NCBI GenBank assembly: GCA_951406725.2
Contig: OX597832.1
Location: 60,946,001-61,010,000, forward strand
DNA from: Octopus vulgaris
Taxonomy: Eukaryota
Length of the DNA stretch: 64,000 nt
Direction: 5' to 3'
The notes beneath the pieces were generated by a model that was not told the DNA's origin, made no database searches, and saw nothing but the letters and a program-made list of their open reading frames with translations. The position numbers and the translations under genes are program-made. Every line of letters begins with the position of its first letter. Position 1 is the first letter of the stretch. Shown in pieces: positions 54,918-64,000 of the stretch.

Positions 54918-55237
54918 ATATGAAAACAGTGACCAACATTCTAACACAGAGAAAAACATGTAAACATACACACACACGTATAGACATATGCGTGACCATA
55001 CTACTCGCTCACTCAAACACACACAAACTCACATACACACAGTTATATATTATAACCACATAGACGCACAATGTACACACACACATACACACACACACAC
55101 GCAGCATATTCATACTTAAATAAACACGCACGCGCATTTACATACTTGTATCGGGCGCGCGCAGAAACACACACACACACACACACAGCTCTGACGCATG
55201 AGCACATGAGCGTTACGCACGACCATACATACAAACG

Positions 55238-55277
<40 letters not shown>

Positions 55278-55453
55278 CGCAGACATAACTTTCCCCCACA
55301 CACACACATACATAGTCATACTACCGCACGTACACGCTTGGAGCTGCCCGTACACACACACACACACACACACACACTAAAGAGACATCACTTTGATCTG
55401 GAACTAAATTGTCCAAACACACAAGCATTTATATATGCACACGCGATACGCGC

Positions 55454-55454
<1 letters not shown>

Positions 55455-55486
<32 letters not shown>

Positions 55487-55576
55487 CATACATACGCATA
55501 CATACATACATATATACATACATACATACATGCATACATGCATACATGCATACATACATACGCATACATACATACG

Positions 55577-55608
<32 letters not shown>

Positions 55609-55618
55609 CATGCATACA

Positions 55619-55652
<34 letters not shown>

Positions 55653-55770
55653 CATACATATATATACATGCATACATACATACATACATGCATACATACA
55701 TACATACGCATAGATACATACATACATACATGCATACATACATACATACATACATACATACATACATACA

Positions 55771-55804
<34 letters not shown>

Positions 55805-56090
55805 CATGCATACATACATACATACATGCATACATACATACATACATGCATACATACATACATACGCATAGATACATACATACATACATGCATACATACA
55901 TACATACATATATACATACATACATACATACATACGCATACATACATACATATATACATGCATACGTACATACATACATACATACATACATACATACATA
56001 CATACATACATACATACATACATACATACATACATACGCATACATACATACATATATACATGCATACATACATACATGCATACATACATA
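55455..56090. repeat. Long (TACA)n array with variants
   Basis: Directly visible; similar arrays at 31775-32100 and 44240-44600. Confidence 0.95.
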
Positions 56091-56306
56091 CGTTCTTATA
56101 TAAATATATACGTACATACATACACACATAGATACAGAAATACATATATAGATATATACATACAAGCATACATACGTACATACAGACAGGTGTGTATACT
56201 CACACACATGCATACATACTAATACTGATGCATTCAAAGAGGCAAGTACATACATACTTTCTTATATAAATATATTCATACATGCATATAAACATATATC
56301 AGCATG

Positions 56307-56340
<34 letters not shown>

Positions 56341-56769
56341 TGTATGTATGTATGTATGTATGTATGTATGTATGTATGTATATATATATATAATATACAA
56401 TATATATATATGCATGCACTTATCTACCAGCCTAGCTATCGACATGCATTCAAACACACATAGATCTACATACATATACCATACATGCATATGAATACAT
56501 ATTTCTGTGTTCCTTTCTGTCGAAGAGCGTAGGCTCGAAACATAAAAGAGCGTTAAACTAATACATCTGTTTGTTTTTTTCACACCCGTCTTCGTTTTTT
56601 GTATTTTTTGTAATTTCTCACTACATACATACATACATACATACATACATACATACACACACACATACATACATACATACATACACACATACACACATAC
56701 ATACACACATACATACATACATACATACATACATACATACATACATACATACATACATACACACACACA

Positions 56770-56802
<33 letters not shown>

Positions 56803-57359
56803 GCATACATACATACACAGATACATACATACGGGGGAGAGAAGGCCACTCCTTAATTCATACACTACAAATAATCATGATATCTGGGACAATAAAAATC
56901 TGCAAGATATTCTTAAGATTTAAAGGATGATGAACAAAACAGGACGCTTTCCCGCATCCTATATACATACATACATACATACATACATACGCATACATAC
57001 ATACATACATACATATATACATGCATACGTACATACATACATACATACATACATACATACATACATACATACATACGCATACATACATACGCATACATAC
57101 ATACATATATACATGCATACATACATACATGCATACATACATACGTTCTTATATAAATATATACGTACATACATACACACATAGATACAGAAATACATAT
57201 ATAGATATATACATACAAGCATACATACGTACATACAGACAGGTGTGTATACTCACACACATGCATACATACTAATACTGATGCATTCAAAGAGGCAAGT
57301 ACATACATACTTTCTTATATAAATATATTCATACATGCATATAAACATATATCAGCATG

Positions 57360-57393
<34 letters not shown>

Positions 57394-57825
57394 TGTATGT
57401 ATGTATGTATGTATGTATGTATGTATGTGTATATATATATATAATATACAATATATATATATGCATGCACTTATCTACCAGCCTAGCTATCGACATGCAT
57501 TCAAACACACATAGATCTACATACATATACCATACATGCATATGAATACATATTTCTGTGTTCCTTTCTGTCGAAGAGCGTAGGCTCGAAACATAAAAGA
57601 GCGTTAAACTAATACATCTGTTTGTTTTTTTCACACCCGTCTTCGTTTTTTGTATTTTTTGTAATTTCTCACATACATACATACATACATACATACATAC
57701 ATACATACACACACACATACATACATACATACATACACACATACACACATACATACACACATACATACACACATACATACATACATACATACATACATAC
57801 ATACATACATACATACACACACACA

Positions 57826-57858
<33 letters not shown>

Positions 57859-58023
57859 GCATACATACATACACAGATACATACATACGGGGGAGAGAAG
57901 GCCACTCCTTAATTCATACACTACAAATAATCATGATATCTGGGACAATAAAAATCTGCAAGATATTCTTAAGATTTAAAGGATGATGAACAAAACAGGA
58001 CGCTTTCCCGCATCCTATATACA

Positions 58024-58030
<7 letters not shown>
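56030..58030 (+). repeat. ~1.05-kb tandem duplication
   Basis: Unique blocks recur with offsets of 1053-1056 (cgttcttatataaat at 56091 and 57144; ggatgatgaacaaaacagg at 56925 and 57981). Confidence 0.9.
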
Positions 58031-58113
<83 letters not shown>

Positions 58114-58496
58114 TGCTGGAGTGGCTGTGTGGTAAGTAGCTTGTTTACCAACCACGCGGTTCCAGGGTAAGTAACAACGTAACTTTAGCGGTTCGTCAAA
58201 ATAGGCCGATAGAATGAGTACTAAGCTTACAAAGTATAAGTTCCGAGGTCGATTTGTTCGACTAAAAGGTGGTGCTCCAGCATGGTCGCAGTCAAATGAA
58301 TGAAACGAATAAAAGAATAAGTATATTTTCGTCACCATGGGTAATATAAAAAAATATGGCATACATATAAATAATCATGATTCGTCTTTTTTACCAAACT
58401 GCTAGCTTACGGGGATGCAAACACGCCAACACCGGTTGTCAAGCAGTGGCGAGGAGGAAGACAAGCACAGACACAAAGTTACACAAACACATACAT

Positions 58497-58564
<68 letters not shown>

Positions 58565-58619
58565 TAGGCTTTGCAACCACGCGGTTTCGGGTCCATATCA
58601 AATTTCCTACAGGTTACAT

Positions 58620-58913
58620 CTGGAGTTCCGTTGGTTACGACGACCAGGGTTCCAGCTGATCCGATCAACGGAACTGCCTGCACGTGAAATTAACATGAAC
58701 GTGTGGCTGAGCACTCCACAGACATGTCCTCGTATGTAGTTCTCAGGGAGATTCAGTGGGACACAGAATGTGGCAAGGCTGGACCTTTGAAACAGAAGTT
58801 CTACACATTTTTGCTATCTGAGTGAACTTGAGCAAAGTGAAAAAAAAAAGGGTCTTGCTCAAGGACACAGCACGCCGCCAGGAATCGAACTCACGACTTT
58901 ACGATCATGAGTG
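58620..58913 (-). mobile_element. SINE family D, near full length
   Basis: B-box gagttcgattcc and gtgtccttgagcaagac on the minus strand; tail shared with 40890-41058. Confidence 0.8.
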
Positions 58914-59011
58914 TTTAAAAAAAAGATAATGAAATCAATACTAATTTTCAAAAGAAATATATCTACTACATTATTCCTTTAGCATTTAAGCTAGCAATAT
59001 CAGACCCAGAT

Positions 59012-59210
59012 AAGGCGGCAAGCTAGTAGAAACGTTAGCACGCCGGGCGAAATTCTTAACGGCATTTCGTCTGCCGTTACGTTCTGAGTTCAAATTTCGC
59101 CGAGGTCGAACTTTGCCTTTCATCCTTTCGGAGCCGATAAATTAAGTACCAGTTACGTACTGGGGTCGATCTAATCGACTGCCACCCACTCTCCAGAAAT
59201 GTCGGACCAC
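59012..59210 (+). mobile_element. SINE family A
   Basis: Head and centre match 7552-7783. Confidence 0.85.
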
Positions 59211-59227
59211 AAACACACACACATACA

Positions 59228-59282
<55 letters not shown>

Positions 59283-59865
59283 ACATACATACGATGGGTT
59301 TCTTTCAGTTTCTGTCTACCAAATCCACCCACAAGGCTATAGTAGAAGACACTTGCCCAAAGTGCCACGCAGTGGGACTGAACCCGGAATCATGTAGTTG
59401 GTAAGCAAGCTATTTACCACACACCCACGCCTGCGCCTATATAATAATATTTATTCATTTATTTTTAATTCTGCTGCTTATTCTGTCAGTTTGTTATATC
59501 GAACCGCTAGATTACCAGGACGTAAAGAAAATCAACGTCCGTTGTCAAGCGGTGGCGGTTGACCGGTACAAACACCAACTCACTCGCACCGACATTTATA
59601 TACATTCACACACACGCACACATAGATACATACACACACATATATATAGATACACACACATATATATATTCACACACACACACACACGTACGTAGGTACA
59701 TACACATACACACATAGGTACATCACACACATACACATATATAGGTACACACGACGGATTTCTACATAGTTTCTGTACATCAAATTCATTTACGAGGCAT
59801 TGGTTGACCCATGGCTAGGTACCGCGCAGTGGATCTGAACATGAAACCGCGTGGTTGCAAAGCTT

Positions 59866-59901
<36 letters not shown>

Positions 59902-60745
59902 AGTTTGTGTCTGTGCTTGTCTTCCTCCTCGCCGCTGCTTGACAACCGGTGTTGGCGTGTTTGCATCCCCGTAAGCTAGCAGTTTGGCAAAAAAAAAAAA
60001 AGACGATTAGAATAAATTACAGGCTTTAGAAAATAAGTTGTGGGGTCGATACATCAGTTTAAATAAATAAATAAATAAATGGAAAATTCTTCAAGGATGT
60101 GCCCCAGCAAGGCCGCAATCCAATGACTGAATCAAATAAAACAGAAAGAATGGGAATAAAACAAACAAACAAACAAACAAAAAAACGGTGTGATTATGTG
60201 GGGAGGGATTCGACTGCTGTTTCTAGCACAGTGAGAGAACACGCACAGATCCCCGTCGCCGTTGGTTCGAGTGAAAGTACGATGCAGCATGTGGTGGAAT
60301 GTTGGTTGTGTCACAGACGAGAATCCTTTGAAGAACGTTTCAAAAGCAGAAATTCTAATTCTGTGTCTTATTCATATTGCTTCCATTTATTTAATCATTA
60401 GTCTTCCTTTCTTCCAAATGCCATTCATCTATCAGACCATCCATCCATCCATCCTTCTTCTTCTTCTTCTTCCTCCTCCTCCTCCACCTCCTCCAGATCC
60501 TCCCTACAGCTCATCACCATCATCATCATCATCATCATCATCATCCACCTCCCCCACCCCCTGAAAAAAACCAAGGCCAGGTATTTGTTTTTTGTTTTTC
60601 TTTTCCCCTTTTTCTGATTTTTGCTCTCTTATTGCTGATGACATCAGCGTTGTTGTGGATACTTTCGTCGCCATCCATTTCCTAATCCACATAACGGCGG
60701 CCATTTTATTATTACTGTTACCATTATTATTACTATCATTATTAC

Positions 60746-60791
<46 letters not shown>

Positions 60792-61625
60792 GTTTGTTGT
60801 TGTCGTTGATGATGATGATGATGATTGTCCATTTTCTGCACACTTTCCTACATTCGCTTCTTTTCTTGTTTTCATTTCCCTTCAAAACTTGCGCCGTCAT
60901 CATCATCATCATCATCATCATAAGCTTCACAAGCACCACCACCACCACCACCCCATCATCATCATCATCATCATCATCGCCGTCGTCATCCACCCCGCTC
61001 ACCCGTCCTTCCTCACCCACCCACATTATTTTCATCATCATTAGAGAAAAACATGAGGTCTGAGAGCTTGAGTCAGTCGATGTTGTGTTTGGCCTCTAAC
61101 GTTGCTGTGATCTCATTATTGTATGACAGCGGAGGGGTAGATATATCAGCCGTCGGGACGGGGAGGGGCGTAGTGAAGCAATCAACAACAACAACAACAG
61201 CAGCTACAATAACAGCAACAACAACAACGGTTATAACAAGAAAGTGAAAGAGTCATCGGAGGCAGATTTAGCCACATAACCACCACCACCACCACCATCA
61301 CAGCAACAACACTGTCAATACCAGCACTATAACCAACATTATCACCATCACCACGAACAATAACAATAATACTGCCATCATCCCACCCCCACCTCTTTCA
61401 CGAACAACCAACCGCAACACTACCAATACAAACACAAACAACATCACGGCTACCATCATCACCACAAACATTACCAAATTACCGTCACGAAACAGTGACC
61501 AGCCCCGGGGATATAGTGAAAATACTTGGACTAGCTGCCGTGAAGTGGGACTGAACTCAAAACAATTTGGTTGGAAAGCAAACTTATTAACCATACCCAC
61601 AACTATCCATCCATCCATCCATCAA

Positions 61626-61660
<35 letters not shown>

Positions 61661-62143
61661 ATAGAGGAAAGAGAACTATCTTATTCCATGTAGATAGAAA
61701 TATATATATATTAAAAAAGTTGAAAATAAATTGGGAGTCTTTTGTGAAACCGGTTAGGATTTTAAGAGCCAACTATCTAAAAGACTCCCAGGGCATTTTC
61801 AATTTCTTTATATATATATAGGCATGCATGCACACATTCCAAAAGATGTCATTAAAATATATCTCAGTTACATAACTGCACTTCTCTGATGAAAAAAAAA
61901 AGATTTAGAATCCGTGAAAAACAACACAATAACAATACACACAACAGAAAAATATGATATAAGCAACTAAATAAGTAATTATAAAATAAATTTTAAAAAA
62001 AGCAAAAAAACAGCTAGAAATCAGGAAAACATCTATTTCTAAAATAACACAAAAATTCAAAATAAACAAGAGCAAAGAGAGACCGCAATACTCCGCCAAC
62101 GTTCTCTCAACAATTCGCCAGAGATGATTTTTAAATGAGAATA

Positions 62144-62460
62144 TCTATATATAAATAAAAGACAGGATGTGTGTATTTGTGAGTGTGTGTGTGTGTGTGT
62201 GTGTGTACGTGAATGTAATTTATGCACGTCCACAAATTAGCAAGCATGTCGTATTTTCGTCAACTTATTTCCCCCAGAGGCACCAGCAAATAGCAGTAAA
62301 AATATATTTTGAACCAAAACTTTTCACAATTTTCAAGTCGGAGAAATCACCATTGTTTGCTAACAGGAGTTAAGTCCCCTTCTAGCGACAAGTAAGTTTT
62401 TGTTAAGACTTTTGTTGTTCTCTTCCATCGAGGAAAAAAGTGTTTTGTTGATATACGGTC

Positions 62461-62545
<85 letters not shown>

Positions 62546-63350
62546 ACACATGAACATGTATGTGTATAAAAAACATGTATGCAATAGGTGTACGTACGTT
62601 CGTGCGCGTATGTGTGTGTGTTGCCCATATATATATACTTAAGACTTAGTTGTGATCTAAACATAACCGCTTCTGACAGAGGATCGGGAGCCCTTTTGAG
62701 CATTCTAATTTCCTTGCTGTAAGGGTTCCCAACCCATGGGCATAGTGGTGTTTTCAAAGGGCTGGCATGTGCAGCCTGATCACCTCTGCCGATCAAACTC
62801 CCAACCCATGTGCTCCCGTCGCGACACTGATTCTGCAGAACTGGGTTGGGTGTGAAAACCAACTTTAAAGTATAAATACAGATGTTTTTGAATCAGCAAT
62901 ATTGTGTTCGGTTAAGTCCTATTTGGTGTGAAAAATCAATAAACTGATTCCGAATGGGGATTTTTATCTAATCAGAACAAAAAAAATCATAAACCGATTC
63001 CTTATAGGATTTCCCACTAAAATTGGCTACACCCCATTTTCAACCATAACTTTTACCAATTTTGATGTATTTTGTTCAAACTTGATGCCAGCATTACTTA
63101 GGACTCATGGGATCTTTGAATGCATTAAGTGCTCCAAAAACGGGAGGAAAAATCGATGAGTGGAAAAAATCGATAAACCGATTCCTTATGGGATTACCCA
63201 ATCAAGTTGTCTGCAACTCATTTTCAGCCAACAGTTTACCAATTTCAGCGATTTCGCCCAAATTTGACATTGATGTTACTTAGTTTGGTTTGAAATAAAG
63301 AACTTAATAATCCCAACTTAATCCCGGACAAAGCCGGGCTATACTGCTAG
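62144..63350 (+). mobile_element. Non-autonomous Helitron with internal cargo and ~183-bp subrepeats
   Basis: 5' A|TCTATATATAAAT, 3' hairpin CCCGG acaaag CCGGG then atactgCTAG|T; internal repeats taaaccgattccttat near 62990 and 63173. Confidence 0.7.
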
Positions 63351-63576
63351 TCTGAAATAAACTCGACTGCTCTCACAAATGAAAATACTAAAACTGAACC
63401 CGACCGCTCTCAAAAATTAAGTTAAAAGAAAAAAAACAGAAAAATAATCCAGAATCGTTGTCCGGTACCGGAAATAAAAGCGCAAGATGGCCCACCCTGC
63501 ACCTTCCATTCCATTAAATCAGGGGTCGGCAAACTTCGTGGAACCGTTGATAACTTATCGAATCACCAGTATATTC

Positions 63577-63788
63577 TTTCTCTTTTACTCTTTTACTTGT
63601 TTCAGTCATTTGACTGCGGCCATGCTGGAGCACCGCCTTTAGTCGATCAAATCGACCCCGGGACTTATTCTTTGTAAGCCCAGTACTTATTCTATCGGTC
63701 TCTTTTGCCGAACCGCTAAGTGGCGGGGACGTAGACATACCAGCATCGGTTGTCGAGCAATGCTAGGGGGACAAACACAGACACACAA

Positions 63789-63833
<45 letters not shown>

Positions 63834-63976
63834 TACGACAGGCTTCTTTCAGTTTCCGTCTACCAAATCCACTCACAAGGCATTGGTCGGCCCGGGGCTA
63901 TAGCAGAAGACACTTGCCCAAGATGCCACGCAGTGGGACTGAACCCGGAACCATGTGGTTGGTTAGCAAGCTACTT
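63577..63976 (-). mobile_element. SINE family B, near full length, low divergence
   Basis: Complete tail, (CA)(TA) middle and CORE-like/tRNA head. Confidence 0.9.
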
Positions 63977-64000
63977 TAAATGTATAATTGATAAAAAATT

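Noticed and set aside
55071-56255. ORFs of 230-283 aa in several frames
   Set aside because: Translations of (TACA)n/(CA)n arrays (MYVC/HTYI repeats) that lack stops by composition.

Overview
This is a 64 kb, AT-rich, eukaryotic non-coding window (intergenic or deep intronic). It is saturated with (TA)n, (CA)n, (TACA)n, (TAA)n, (CAC)n and (GAT)n microsatellites and with transposon debris. The repeat repertoire looks like an Octopus-type cephalopod genome (inference from recalled SINE types, not checked). I found no intact protein-coding gene; nearly all ORF-track entries are translations of simple repeats. Recognisable elements are at least four tRNA-headed SINE families, an internally deleted Tx1/L1-like LINE, 3' fragments of CR1, RTE and R4/Dong LINEs, a Penelope RT fragment, mariner/Tc1 fossils, several non-autonomous Helitrons plus a Helitron helicase fossil, and piggyBac-, pogo- and Merlin-like MITEs. 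The most interesting feature is at 5776-6527. It is a TSD-flanked, tandemly repeated, highly base-paired unit with two minus-strand type I hammerhead ribozyme motifs 358 nt apart and an inverted tail, i.e. a candidate retrozyme (circular-RNA retroelement), nested in the arm of a Merlin-like MITE. Several unrelated short fold-back elements with hammerhead-like cores occur elsewhere in the window. All alignments and foldings were done by eye, and boundaries are approximate unless a TSD is quoted.
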